64,000 nt of DNA from contig VJWM01000126.1 of the NCBI GenBank assembly GCA_010909165.1, positions 434,001-498,000 on the forward strand, given 5' to 3'. Source of the stretch: Anthoceros angustus. Lineage: Eukaryota; Plantae; Anthocerotophyta. The translations under genes and the position numbers were made by a program. The notes below the pieces were generated by a model. It had not been told where the DNA came from. It searched no databases and saw nothing but the letters and a program-made list of their open reading frames with translations. This document shows positions 49,073-62,821 of this stretch, piece by piece; position 1 is the stretch's first letter; each line of letters opens with the position of its first letter.

Positions 49073-52000
49073 TTAGCAGCAATCTAAGGGATCGAATGCT
49101 CCCTGAGGTACAGACGGAGAATCACACGAATCTATCATGCTGCTGTCATCAGCCAATGCTCCAAGCAAGGACATGGGATACCGCTCAATCGGGTCAGCAG
49201 GAACAGAAAACGATCCAAGCTCGTTGCAACGCAAGGCGCTTGGAGTGGACTGGAAGTCGGGTCGGTGCCAGACGGCTTGCAGCTCCTGCCATACCTCCCT
49301 CATGCTCGGCCTGTCGTCCGAGCTGAACTGCACATTGGACAGCCAGCATCGCCACGCTCAAGATGGACTGCTTTCCGACGGCGGTTTGGAAAGTGTCGTG
49401 GAGAGCGGGATCGATCAGCTGCTGGATGTCACCATCGAATGAATGAGCGGAACTGCCAGGTTGATGAGACTGCCTTTGGCGCCCTCGCCTCTGTTCCGAT
49501 CCACTGCAGGCTGCGAGGTGATGAGCTCCAGCAACACCACACCAAAGGGACACATCGCTCTTTCCCGTCAGCTTGGAGTTCACGCAGCTCTCGGGATCCA
49601 TGTAGCCGAACGTCCCTTGGAGCGTGAGAGCCGTGATGTGAGTTGCATCCAGGGCCGGTGCAAGCTTGGAGATTCCGAAGTCTGCTACCTTGGCATTTAG
49701 GTTCTCGTCCAGCAGGATGTTGGCTGACTTCACGTCCAGATGGTAGATAGGAGGGTTGGCCGCAGAATGGATGTAGGCCAAAGCATCTGCCGTTTGAAGT
49801 GCAATCTTGAGGCGCTGTCTCCATGTTAAGGGCCCGGATTGGCTTGTTCTCTGGTGTCCCCGGAGGTGCTCCTCGAGCGTGCCGTTGGGAACGTACTCGA
49901 ACACCAGGAGAGCCACTTCGTTGGCGAAGCAGCAGCCGAGAAGTTTGACCAGGTTCCGGTGATGGACCTGCGACAGGATCCTGACTTCGTTGAGGAACTG
50001 TTGCCTGTCCACCTGGGATCCTTCCGCTTGCTCTTCTTGATTGCTACCTTCTTGCCATCATCCAGCAAGCCTTGGTAAACAGTTCCGAATCCACCTACTC
50101 TATCTGGCAACTCTCGGAAGTTGGCTGGCTCTCTTCAGTTCTCTGAACGACATCAGAGTGGTGGCTGTGTCCTTGCAGTTATCCCTCAACTCCAACAGGT
50201 CTGTGTCCTTCTGATGCCTCTTGAAATAGATCCTCCACCGCCAGCAAAGGGCAAGGCAGCATCCAGCTATGATGAGCGCAGAGGCATCCAGAACAGCCAG
50301 AAGCTGCCATGGTTTAATGCCTCGACTCTTGGGGCCTGCATGACACATGAATGTCATCAGAAATCAAGTCAGCCACCAGCTTCAATGCCATGTCCGAAAA
50401 TGAAGTGTGAGATCCATACCTGAGGCTGGGTGTCGGCAATCTGGTAAAGTGGGACTTCCACAAAGTCCTGGATTACCATGGAAGAGCAGCGTGACATTAT
50501 CAGGGAGGCGGGGAGTGGTCCCGTGAGGTTGTTGTTGGAAATATCAAGAACCGTTAGGTTAAGCATCTCGCTGAATCCATTCAGGATCTGCCCCACAAGT
50601 GGTTGTTGGATAAGTTCACCAACTTCAGGGAAGGCATAAAGGTTTTCGTGAACACATCAGCTGATATCTGCCCTGTCAAGTTGCTGTTGCTCAGATCCAG
50701 GACCTCCAAGAGCGGCAATTTTCCGATGGACGAAGGCAGACTGCCTATATAATAGTTGCTGCTTAACCGAAGCTCCCTCAAGCTGACATGAGTCTCCAAG
50801 ATGACCTGCAGGGTGTGACGTTCATTGTCAGAGCTCAAGTTGAGAAAGTTGTTGCTCATGTCCAACACTTCCAAGCTCTGCCAGTGCCCAGGCCCTGCTG
50901 GAATGTCTCCAGAGAAGTGATTGTTTGCTAGTCGCAGTTCTCTCAAGCTGGACAGCTGATGTAACCACATCTGGCTTATATCTCCAGACAACTGGTTATT
51001 GTGAAGCCACAGCTGTTGCAGCCTGTCCTTCAGATTTTCTGCCAACTCTCCTGGAATAGGGCCTTCCAGCAAGTTGTAGCTGAGGTCTAGGATTTCCACA
51101 CTTGCCCAGCCGGCATTTGTCAGTGGAATTTTTCCGGTAAAACGGTTGCCGGAGAGTCGTACTCCCTTCACGCTTGCTGGGATGCCAAAGTCTTGCAGGT
51201 TTCCAGACAGGCGGTTGTTATGGAGCCACAGTTGCTCCAATCCTCTTCCGAAAACGAATTTGTAAGTAAGGTCGCCCTCTAGCATATTGTTACTCAAGTC
51301 CAGTACGACCTGCTCGTTGGAGAAGCCACGGACGGGAATCCTTCCCGAGATGGAATTACCTGATACATTTAAGTATGTCAGGCTGGTCAGGGGACCCGCT
51401 TCTAGCAAGTCAGCAGGGATGCTACCATTGAGCTTATTGCAGGCGAGATCGACCACTTCTGTGTTGTTATTCCAGGTCCCAGGAGGAATCTCACCGGTGA
51501 GCAGGTTGGAAGCAAGATTCAGGAATGCGAGACTGGGCATGTGGGCAAGCCCAGACGGCACGGTGCCCTCTAGTAAATTGGAAGACAGGTCCAAGTACTT
51601 GAGGTTCCTCGAACCCCTCAAACCGGGAGCTCTTCCTGTCAGCCTGTTGTTATTGAGAAACAGCGACACCAGGTGAGTAAAATTTGCCAGGTCTGGAATT
51701 TCTCCAGAAAGTTTGTTGCCCCCAACATGCAGCTCCTGGAGATGGTAGAGACCTCTCAGCCAAGAAATGTTACCACTGAGAGAATTTTGTTGAGCATAAA
51801 AAATTGTAGGCTCGGGAGGTGAGCGATATTGGCAGGAATGCTGCCTGTCAGATTGTTAGCCCCAGATTCAGCTGAATCAAGGTCTTGGCATTCATGATCT
51901 CTCCAGGGATGCCACCAGAAAATCATTGCCAGACAAATCCAGATACTCGATGCTCCAGAGAACCAAGAACACTCGGCAGACTGCCGGAGAGGCCCTCACC

Positions 52001-52239
52001 CTGGAGTTGTAGGCTGGAGACGTTCCCAGCGCTGTTGCATACTACTCCATACCAGGCACAGGATTCTCTGTGCTGTCATTCCAGCTGCTGAGAATCCCTG
52101 CACCATCCACAATTTGCTCCTTCATTTGCAGCAAGATCAGACCATCCAAGGTCAACCCCTTGATTCCGCTGGACAGGTGCGAGAACAGAACGCAGAACAG
52201 CCAAAGATTGGGCAGTACCAAACACCTTCCTGCACACAT
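49073..52239 (-). CDS. LRR receptor-like kinase copy 2 (WAK-type non-RD kinase); several 1-nt frameshifts, possibly assembly errors
   Basis: ORFs 52042-52251, 50581-51669, 50369-50596, 50100-50357, 49194-50012 and 49073-49333 are collinear with copy 1. Confidence 0.85.
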
Positions 52240-53320
52240 CTTGATCGCCAAAGAAGATTAAATAAATGCACAAGACATAGTCTCCAAACGTATATAATCA
52301 ATAAAAGAGTATGGAAAATGATATAGCTGGTTCTTCAATTGCTTTCTTAAATGTTAAAAACACAGAGTAATATTACAATATTAGTTCAAAATTTGATACC
52401 TTTTGGCCTGAACAAGCTTCGAGGCATGCTGACTTTTAGGAGATTGTGCATGTGGTTTCACAAACAAGAGAACAAGACCAAAAGGCACTCGTTTCCCTGT
52501 TATGATTCCGGTATGCTCATATTCTTGTATAAACCAAGGAATGTATTTTAAGCTTTTTATGAACGTTTTATATTCCATATGTAGCATATTTTAGTTCATC
52601 TATAATTTTTTAATTTAATTTTATAATATTTACATTTCAATTTAAATTTTAAATATGTATATTGAATCATATTAAGTTAAAGAAAAATAATTCATATCTA
52701 AATATATTATACAAAATCTCATATTTATATTCATATATAATAAAATAACTTCATTTCCATGATAAATTTTCAGCCATACTGTCATACGGAAGCGGCTTCA
52801 CACTGAGCACACAGATCCAAGCTGTGTTCTTCACCTTCAAAGTGCCCGGAAGAAAACATGAGATTGTGCATTAGGTGTTGAATTTTGAACACTCTTGGCG
52901 CCAAGCCAGCCCAGCAGCTCAGGTGCCAAACGGACACGAAATAGACGCCGTCCATGACTCCTGGCGGCGGCCTGTAAAACGCCGCGCTCCTGTCCTGGCG
53001 AAACCGGCAGCGAAGGTGGGATGGCGAAATTAAAAGCGAATGAAGCAAGTGTCTCGGAAGCAGGCGACTGTACCATCCATATATCATCGCAACATTTGAT
53101 TGGAGAACCCAGTCCGGACCCGGAGGAAGGCCGGACCAAATTCCTTCAGTGGAGGAAGCCACCGGGCGCATGGTACTCCTCCGGGAGGCGGTTGGAGGAA
53201 GGCTGCTGTAAATCCATGGTATTTTGCCTCCTTCCTCAAGCCATCGTCTCCGGATCGTCTTCGTCGAAGTGTTTAACAGCTTCGTCCCCAGATAGATACA
53301 ACTTTTGAGCCTGCACAGAA

Positions 53321-54118
53321 ATGGCCATGGTTCGGATTGCCATGCTCACGTGCTGCGGCTCACCCCTTGACCCTGAGCGGAATTGTGCCGAGATGGGCTG
53401 GCCAGATGCGGGGAATGCTGCCAGGTGAAGTGCACCAACGACGGATGCAACGACACGCCCACCACTGTCGTGATGACGGATCAGTGCCCGGGTGGCGTGG
53501 GAAGCCCCATTTCGATCTCAGCGGCTCTGCATTCGAAACCTCGCTGCCGCCGGCCGATCGTCTGACCTCGTCACGCTGGGCGGGTCCCGGCTGCTCCGGA
53601 TACATCCCTGAGGCTGTAATGACAATGCAATGCTTCGAATAGACGATGGCATGGATGCGTTGCGCGCAGGGTGCCTTGCTCCTACGGTTCCCAGACTGTG
53701 GCATTCGACATGGACGCGAATTGCAATCCCAATTGGGTCGCCTTCGTGGTCGAGTTTCAAGCAGGCGATGGAGATCTCCACTCTGTCGAACTCAAGGTTA
53801 GGAAAAGCTATGCATGGTGTCTCGGTTTTGGACACTGTTGATTACTCTTGGATGGCATTGGCTTTCATGAGTTGAAACCAGCCACAAGATCTCACATGTG
53901 GTGAATGTTGGGGTGGCAGGATGCGTCTTCAGCTTGGCAGGCAGTGAGTCACAATTGGGGAGCCAACTGGCAATTCTTCGGGAGCCTTAACGGCCCCGTT
54001 TCTGTTCGGCTCAAATCCCTCCAATACTGCCGACCAAGTGCTGGTTGCCAAGGATGCCATTCCAGCTGACTGGACACCTGGCCACACCTACCAATACCAA
54101 GACCAGTTTAGCTACTAG
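53321..54118 (+). pseudogene. Beta-expansin-like gene, 5' part not found, two introns
   Basis: CGECCQVKCTNDGC...VVMTDQCPGG...PHFDLSGSAF; RVPCSYG...FVVEFQAGDGDLHSVELK; SHNWGANW...PVSVRLKS...AKDAIPADWTPGHTY. Confidence 0.8.
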
Positions 54119-57041
54119 GAAAATTTGATGCACCGCACATTTGGGTCGGGTCCTGCATCCAGTGCGCCCACTACCACGCAGAGCTCAAGGCTCTGGAGGT
54201 CTGCGCCACCCTAGGCGGGAGGTGGACTTCGGAAGGATGGAAGGAGGAGGCGGAGGAGGAAGGCCGGACCCGGAGGAAGAAAGCCTTTGGAGGAGGCGGA
54301 GGAGGCAGGAGGAGGCGGAGGAGGAGGCGGAGGAAGGCCGGACCCGGAGGAAGGTCACACCGGGAGGTAAGCACTCAAGACCTCGCATGGAAGGAAGAGG
54401 GAGGATCTTGGAGAGGAAGGGAAGGGTGCAACCGGCATTCGGGAACCAAGGGAGGCTCGATGGATGAACCCGTGACTAGCCGGTGAGGAGGCATGCCCAG
54501 AGCGAGGTCGGACTTTGTCCGGACCCGGAGGAAGGCCGGACCCGAGGTCCCTCAAGGAAGTCCGACTTAGGGATCCAGACTCAGTGACGAATGACCCGAG
54601 GAAGGTTGGGTCAGGAGGACCCGGAGGCAAGTCCGGACCAGGGCCGGACTCGAGGCGGCGGAGGCCGGACCCGGAGGAAGGCCGGACCTAGAGGTCCGGA
54701 CTCGGAGTCGAGGCAGTCTGAGGTCCAAACTCGGGAGTGGGAGAGCCACCACACCCCAGCAGATCCAAATTTTGAGGGCCCATCGCAGGGGCCCGCCAGA
54801 GAGAGAAGAGGAGGAGGAGGCGAGGAAGACTTGGTGATCGCTGTCGGGCGCAGCCCCTGGCAGACCCTCGGGAAGAGGAAGGGCCTCGCGGATCATCCGA
54901 TTGCGCGCCAGCCGACAGGCTCTGGGCCGTGCCAAGAAGGAATCGTAATATCCCACACCACCGACCGCGATAGGCGGAATAGGGAGGATAGTAGGCTCGT
55001 TAGGCACACCGAGCCGGGCCCTCGTAATAGAGGTGTAATAAAGGCGCCGACCTTGGTAGTATAAGAGGGCCAAGGCCCAATAAATCATCTTTCTCTTGGT
55101 GTTGATGCTGCTCTGCACCTTTGTGTGTCTTCTTGCTAACGTGAGTCCCGAGTCACCGAAAGGTGCACGGCCTCCGGGAGATTGATCGGGGTCACAGTGG
55201 CGGACCTAACGTGTTGTGGTGTGCAGGGTGATCGGTGACCCGTGCTCGCCCGAGCCACCCAAAGACCGAATCCGATGAACGTGTGAGCCGAGGAACTCGG
55301 GAGGCGTCTGAGCCGGACGGAGGCCGGACCCGGAGGAAGGCCGGACCTAGAGGTCCGGATCAGGTAACCCGCGCCTTTTCCTAAGACCGAAGGAGTGTAG
55401 CGTGAGTGGAGAGGAAAGGGCTGGAAGTGTGGTGGCGAATGTGAACGATACGGACGCTAACGGTCCCTAAGCGTTTGGCCATCTGGGCTGTCACGGTGAG
55501 CGTTGCAGTAGATAGGCGTATGTGTGCGTTGAGGTGAGCGCAAAGTGAGGTAAGAATCACCAAACGCTAAACGGAGCCTATCATTCCCTTGGGAACTTCT
55601 TCCTACAACGACACGATTGCGCGCCGTACCGCCATCAAAGTCGCCACCCACCATCCTCCTCAGTGAACTCGTCCTTGTATTTCATCTTGTTTTCCGCCAT
55701 TGCCCAACGAAACTTCTCCTCGAAATCTGCAAGGGACGTGCTTCCATGTTTTCCTGTGAAGACATCGTTCTTACTTGGTGTGAACTCAAGCTCCATTCTT
55801 GCAGACTCTCGCTCCAATCGAATCTCCTTGTGATTGGCGCGTTGTCTCTGTATTGTTCCGGTGTCCTCTTGAATGGCGAGTAGTAGACGTCGTGCACTTC
55901 TCCGACTGAAGATGACGCAGTGTCCTTCGTCGATCCACCACGATCTCGGGAACACCATCAATGGTTACTTCTCCTATGCCCACCACCGCACGGATGTTGT
56001 CAAAGGGCAAATTGTTTTCCCGTTAGCCCAACCAACCAGCTGAAAAGTACATCCACGCCTCTATCCACAAACGGCTCCACGTATGCGTGCTCTTCTGCAT
56101 AATCCGCTTAACTCAAGAATCGTGAAACTACCACACCTAAACCGTATAATCAATGGCGAAATTCATCCATCGAAAAACATCAGCCTATCTCTTAGTGTTG
56201 CCTCTGCAACACCCAACCTTCTCGGATCGCAGCTGTCTCCTGGGTTGGATGGTGGACGACTTCCGCCTCTTCCTCCAATCTCCAGCGCGCCACAGTCTCC
56301 TCCAGTACCGTATCTTAGTCCCCAACAAGAGGGATTGTTGATGTGGTGAAATCAGGATGGAAATTTCTCCCAACCTGGTAATGCAACAAACCACAAGAAC
56401 CTCTAGGAGACAAAGACACAGCAGGGACGAAGTATGGCTGTCTATTAGAACAAGACAAACATCAACAATCCAAGAATTCATGGCTGGGTGCCCACATATA
56501 TAGGCAAAATCCCCCAGGAGTTCTCGATGAAGTGTCCACCCGTATCGATGGTGGGCACTTTATAATCCTACTTTCCTTGGCCTTCGAAATAATATTTTAT
56601 GTGTTTAACAGCCTATTCGCCCTTTTCCTTGATATAGATTGCATGCGCCATGATACATCACCTGCCATCCTTCATCTCCATACGCATGCATACATGGCAC
56701 ACATGCATACATGGCATACATGTCATGTGCAGGCCATCCATGGGCCATGTACATGACATCATCAAGCACTTCAGCATCAGGGCTTATGCCCGAGATGCTC
56801 TAGTCAGTATCTAGTCATTTCAGCATTCAGGGCTTATGCCCAGGATGCTCTAGTCAGTATCCAGTCATAGAGTCTTAAGTGCTCTGTTTCCCATACAGCA
56901 ACAGCATGACACGGGCCCACGAAGACCTGGGAAGGTGATAAAATTACGGACATGGAAACTTTATAAATATGCAAAGATTGGGAAGTCCCTTTACACTGAT
57001 TGGGTGAGGAACAGCCCAATGGAGGGACCTAGGCCAAGGAG

Positions 57042-57472
57042 CACGGTGTCATTTTGACCTCGTCCAGCTTGGTCCCGATCCCGTATGTGTTAAAAAACAT
57101 GGGATCGGAGGTTCTTCAGGAGTCCGGTCCCCAACCCTCGGTCCCCTATTACTCTCGGGGACCGAGGATTCATAAAAGGTCCGGTTCAAAATTAGTAAAT
57201 TACTTAATTTTATATCCAAGGATTTATATTTATTATGGACACATGGACCCATCTTATCATGGACGCAGACTGCAGTCCGCTGAGCTGGGCTGCAGTCTGG
57301 ACCCAGTCTGCAGTCTTTTAGATTATTATTTATAAATTATTTATTTAATATTTATTATATTTAGTGACCAAGGGTCGCAAAAAGGCACGGTCCCTCCTCG
57401 GTCCGGGACCGAGCGTAGCCAGGCTAGGCGGTCCCGGGGACTGAGATAATACTCGGTCAAAATGACACACTG
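57042..57472. mobile_element. hAT-type MITE, duplicated copy
   Basis: Same termini; CCAAGGAG at 57034-57041 and 57473-57480. Confidence 0.85.
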
Positions 57473-57786
57473 CCAAGGAGGACTAGTCCTCGCTAGATCC
57501 AAATGTGTATGCATTGTTTCAAACTCCACGCGTATGCGCATTCGGACACTCTCCAGATATTAGGATATCCTTCACGGAGCTCATAACCGTCCTGCGAATT
57601 TCAGATTTTCTGAGAATTATTTATCGTGGACGACACTTGGTTTCCAGCAATGTGTGGCGGTGAGCCTCGGCGCACTTCCTTCCCTGGTAAAACACTAGCA
57701 CCTGCAAACAACCAGCGTTAACGGATCTCATGGTGATCGATTGAAGCTGGTATGCTGCCATCGCCAGGTGAGCGTTGGTAGGTTTC

Positions 57787-60700
57787 TTAGCAGCAATCGG
57801 GATCGAATGCTCCCTGAGGTACAGACGGAGAATCACACGAATCTATCATGCTGCATCAGCCAATGCTCCAAGCAAGGACATGGGATACCGCTCAATCGGG
57901 TCAGCAGGAACAGAAAACGATCCAAGCTCGTTGCAACGCAAGGCGCTTGAGTGGACTGGAAGTCGGGTCGGTGCCAGACGGCTTGCAGCTCCTGCCATAC
58001 CTCCCTCATGCTCGGCCTGTCGTCCGAGCTGAACTGCACACATTGGACAGCCAGCATCGCCACGCTCAAGATGGACTGCTTTCCGACGGCGGTTTGGAAA
58101 GTGTCGTGGAGAGCGGGATCGATCAGCTGCTGGATGTCACCACCCGAATGAATGAGCGGAACTGCCAGGTTGATGAGACTGCCTTTGGCGCCCTCGCCTC
58201 TGTTCCGATCCACTGCAGGCTGCGAGGTGATGAGCTCCAGCAACACCACACCAAAGGAATACACATCGCTCTTTCCCGTCAGCTTGGAGTTCACGCAGCT
58301 CTCGGGATCCATGTAGCCGAACGTCCCTTGGAGCGTGAGAGCCGTGATGTGAGTTGCATCCAGGGCCGGTGCAAGCTTGGAGATTCCGAAGTCTGCTACC
58401 TTGGCATTTAGGTTCTCGTCCAGCAGGATGTTGGCTGACTTCACGTCCAGATGGTAGATAGGAGGGTTGGCCGCAGAATGGATGTAGGCCAAAGCATCTG
58501 CCGTTTGAAGTGCAATCTTGAGGCGCTGTCTCCATGTTAAGGGCCCGGATTGTCCTGTTCTCTGGTGTCCCCGGGTGCTCCTCGAGGCGTGCCGTTGGGA
58601 ACGTACTCGAACACCAGGAGAGCCACTTCGTTGGCGAAGCAGCAGCCGAGAAGTTTGACCAGGTTCCGGTGATGGACCTGCGACAGGATCCTGACTTCGT
58701 TGAGAAACTGTTGCCTGTCCACCTGAGATCCTTCCCGCTTGCTCTTCTTGATTGCTACCTTCTTGCCATCATCCAGCAAGCCTTTGTAGACAGTTCCGAA
58801 TCCACCTACTCCTATCTGGCAGCTCTCGGAGAAGTTGGCTGTAGCTCTCTTCAGTTCTCTGAACGACATAAGAGTGGTGGCTGTGTCCTTGCAGTTATCC
58901 CTCAACTCGGCCACCAGGTCTATGTCCTTCTGATGCCTCTTGAAATAGATCCTCCACCGCCAGCAAAGGGCAAGGCAGCATCCAGCTATGATGAGCGCAG
59001 AGGCATCCAGAACAGCCAGAAGCTGCCATAGTTTAATGCCTCGACTCTTGAGGCCTGCATGACACATGAGGGGAGTGTCATCAGAAATCAAGTCAGCCAC
59101 CAGCTTCAATGCCATGTCCGAAAATGAAGTGTGAGATCCATACCTGAGGCTGGGTGTCGGCAATCTGGTAAAGTGGGACTTCCACAAAGTCCTGGATTAC
59201 CATGGAAGAGCAGCGTGACATTATCAGGGAGGCGGGGGAGTGGTCCCGTGAGGTTGTTGTTGGAAATATCAAGAACCGTTAGGTTAAGCATCTCGCTGAA
59301 TCCATTCGGGATCTGCCCCACAAGTGGTTGTTGGATAAGTTCACCAACTTCAGGGAAGGCATAAAGGTTTTCGTGAACACATCAGCTGATATCTGCCCTG
59401 TCAAGTTGCTGTTGCTCAGATCCAGGACCTCCAAGAGCGGCAATTTTCCGATGGACGAAGGCAGACTGCCTATATAATAGTTGCTGCTAACCGAAGCTCC
59501 CTCAAGCTGACATGAGTCTCCAAGATGACCTGCAGGTGTGACGTTCATTGTCAGAGCTCAAGTTGAGAAAGTTGTTGCTCATGTCCAACACTTCCAAGCT
59601 CTGCCAGTGCCCAGGCCCTGCTGGAATGTCTCCAGAGAAGTGATTGTTTGCTAGTCGCAGTTCTCTCAAGCTGGACAGCTGATGTAACCACATCTGGCTT
59701 ATATCTCCAGACAACTGGTTATTGTGAAGCCACAGCTGTTGCAGCCTGTCCTTCAGATTTTCTGCCAACTCTCCTGGAATAGGGCCTTCCAGCAAGTTGT
59801 AGCTGAGGTCTAGGATTTCCACACTTGCCCAGCCGGCATTTGTCAGTGGAATTTTCCGGTAAAACGGTTGCCGGAGAGTCGTACTCCTTCACGCTTGCTG
59901 GGATGCCAAGTCTTGCAGGTTTCCAGACAGGCGGTTGTTATGGAGCCACAGTTGCTCCAATCCTCTTCCGAAAACGAATTTTGTTAGTAAGGTCGCCCTC
60001 TAGCATATTGTTACTCAAGTCCAGTACGACCTGCTCGTTGGAGAAGCTACGGACGGGAATCCTTCCGAGATGGAATTACCTGATACATTTAAGTATGTCA
60101 GGCTGGTCAGGGGACCGGCTTCTAGCAAGTCAGCAGGATGCTACCATTGAGCTTATTGCAGGCGAGATCGACCACTTCTGTGTTGTTATTCCAGGTCCCA
60201 GGAGGAATCTCACCGGTGAGCAGGTTGGAAGCAAGATTCAGGAATGCGAGACTGGGCATGTGGGCAAGCCCAGACGGCACGGTGCCCTCTAGTAAATTGG
60301 AAGACAGGTCCAAGTACTTGAGGTTCCTCGAACCCTCCAAACCGGGAGCTCTTCCTGTCAGCCTGTTGTTATTGAGAAACAGCGACACCAGGTGAGTAAA
60401 ATTTGCCAGGTCTGGAATTTCTCCAGAAAGTTTGTTGCCCCCAACATGCAGCTCCTGGAGATGGTAGAGACCTCTCAGCCAAGAAATGTTACCACTGAGA
60501 GAATTTTGTTGAGCATAAAAAAATTGTAGGCTCGGGAGGTGAGCGATATTGGCAGGAATGCTGCCTGTCAGATTGTTGGCCCCCAGATTCAGCTGAATCA
60601 AGGTCTTGGCATTCATGATCTCTCCAGGGATGCCACCAGAAAAATCATTGCCAGACAAATCCAGATACTCGATGCTCTCCAGAGAACCAAGAACACTCGG

Positions 60701-60964
60701 CAGACTGCCGGAGAGGCCCTCACCCTGGAGTTGTAGGCTGGAGACGTTCCCAGCGCTGTTGCATACTACTCCATACCAGGCACAGGGATTCTCTGTGCTG
60801 TCATTCCAGCTGCTGAGAATCCCTGCACCATCCACAATTTGCTCCTTCATTTGCAGCAAGATCAGACCATCCAAGGTCAACCCCTTGATTCCGCTGGACA
60901 GGTGCGAGAACAGAACGCAGAACAGCCAAAGATTGGGCAGTACCAAACACCTTCCTGCACACAT
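57787..60964 (-). CDS. LRR receptor-like kinase copy 3; several 1-nt frameshifts
   Basis: ORFs 60122-60976, 59502-59822, 59106-59321, 58537-59187 and 57833-58492; [12 protein letters not shown] kinase. Confidence 0.85.
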
Positions 60965-61499
60965 CTTGATCGCCAAAGAAGATTAAATAAATGCACAAGA
61001 CATAGTCTCCAAACGTATATAATCAATAAAAGAGTATGGAAAATGATATAGCTGGTTCTTCAATTGCTTTCTTAAATGTTAAAAACACAGAGTAATATTA
61101 CAATATTAGTTCAAAATTTGATACCTTTTGGCCTGAACAAGCTTCGAGGCATGCTGACTTTTAGGAGATTGTGCATGTGGTTTCACAAACAAGAGAACAA
61201 GACCAAAAGGCACTCGTTTCCCTGTTATGATTCCGGTATGCTCATATTCTTGTATAAACCAAGGAATGTATTTTAAGCTTTTATGAACGTTTTATATTCC
61301 ATATGTAGCATATTTTAGTTCATCTATAATTTTTAATTTAATTTTATAATATTTACATTTCAATTTAAATTTTAAATATGTATATTGAATCATATTAAGT
61401 TAAAGAAAAATAATTCATATCTAAATATATTATACAAAATCTCATATTTATATTCATATATAATAAAATAACTTCATTTCCATGATAAATTTTCAGCCA

Positions 61500-62010
61500 T
61501 ACTGTCATACGGAAGCGGCTTCACACTGAGCACACAGATCCAAGCTGTGTTCTTCACCTTCAAGAGTGCCCGGAAGAAAACATGAGATTGTGCATTAGGT
61601 GTTGAATTTTGAACACTCTTGGCGCCAAGCCAGCCCAGCGGCTCGGGTGCCAAACGGACACGAAATAGACGCCGTCCATGACTCCTGGCGGGCGGGCCTG
61701 TAAAACGCCGCGCTCCTGTCCTGGCGAAACCGGCAGCGAAGGTGGGATGGCGAAATTAAAAGCGAATGAAGCAAGTGTCTCGGAAGCAGGCGACTGTACC
61801 ATCCATATATCATCGCAACATTTGATTGGAGAACCCGTGCACGGCGCACGCAGGCAAGCTCGGTAGCAACCAAGATTTCTGGCAATCGCTCCTCGGAGTT
61901 CAGGAAGGCTGCTGTAAATCCATGGTATTTTGCCTCCTTCCTCAAGCATCGTCTCCGGATCGTCTTCGTCGAAGTGTTTAACAGCTTCGTCCCCAGATAG
62001 ATACAACTTT
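61500..62010 (-). other. Unidentified coding-like 3' exon, back-to-back with the expansin (copy at ~52780-53310)
   Basis: After a TGTGCAG acceptor: YLSGDEAVKHFDEDDPETMLEEGGKIPWIYSSLPELRGAIARNLGCYRAC...DIWMVQSPASETLASFAFNF...DGVYFVSVWHP...FKIQHLMHN. Confidence 0.35.
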
Positions 62011-62024
62011 GAGCCTGCACAGAA

Positions 62025-62821
62025 ATGGCCATGGTTCGGATTGCCATGCTCACGTGCTGCGGCTCACCCTTGACCCTGAGCGGAATTGTGCCGAGATGGG
62101 CTGGCCAGATGCGGGGAATGCTGCCAGGTGAAGTGCACCAACGACGGATGCAACGACACGCCCACCACTGTCGTGATGACGGATCAGTGCCCGGGTGGCG
62201 TGGGAAGCCCCATTTCGATCTCAGCGGCTCTGCATTCGAAACCTCGCTGCCGCCGGCCGATCGTCTGACCTCGTCACGCTGGGCGGGTCCCGGCTGCTCC
62301 GGATACATCCCTGAGGCTGTAATGACAATGCAATGCTTCGAATAGACGATGGCATGGATGCGTTGCGCGCAGGGTGCCTTGCTCCTACGGTTCCCAGACT
62401 GTGGCATTCGACATGGACGCGAATTGCAATCCCAATTGGGTCGCCTTCGTGGTCGAGTTTCAAGCAGGCGATGGAGATCTCCACTCTGTCGAACTCAAGG
62501 TTAGGAAAAGCTATGCATGGTGTCTCGGTTTTGGACACTGTTGATTACTCTTGGATGGCATTGGCTTTCATGAGTTGAAACCAGCCACAAGATCTCACAT
62601 GTGGTGAATGTTGGGGTGGCAGGATGCGTCTTCAGCTTGGCAGGCAGTGAGTCACAATTGGGGAGCCAACTGGCAATTCTTCGGGAGCCTTAACGGCCCC
62701 GTTTCTGTTCGGCTCAAATCCCTCCAATACTGCCGACCAAGTGCTGGTTGCCAAGGATGCCATTCCAGCTGACTGGACACCTGGCCACACCTACCAATAC
62801 CAAGACCAGTTTAGCTACTAG
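62025..62821 (+). pseudogene. Beta-expansin-like gene, duplicated copy
   Basis: Near-identical to 53321-54118, with HFDLSG and GDGDL motifs. Confidence 0.8.

Noticed and set aside
53110-53205. Retroelement-like patch (GGACCCGGAGGAAGGCCGGACC, also at ~54266, 54340, 54523, 54668, 55327) as a new micro-element
   Set aside because: It replaces a similar-length segment that is normal in the twin unit, has no TSD or TIR, and looks like mis-correction by an abundant repeat k-mer.
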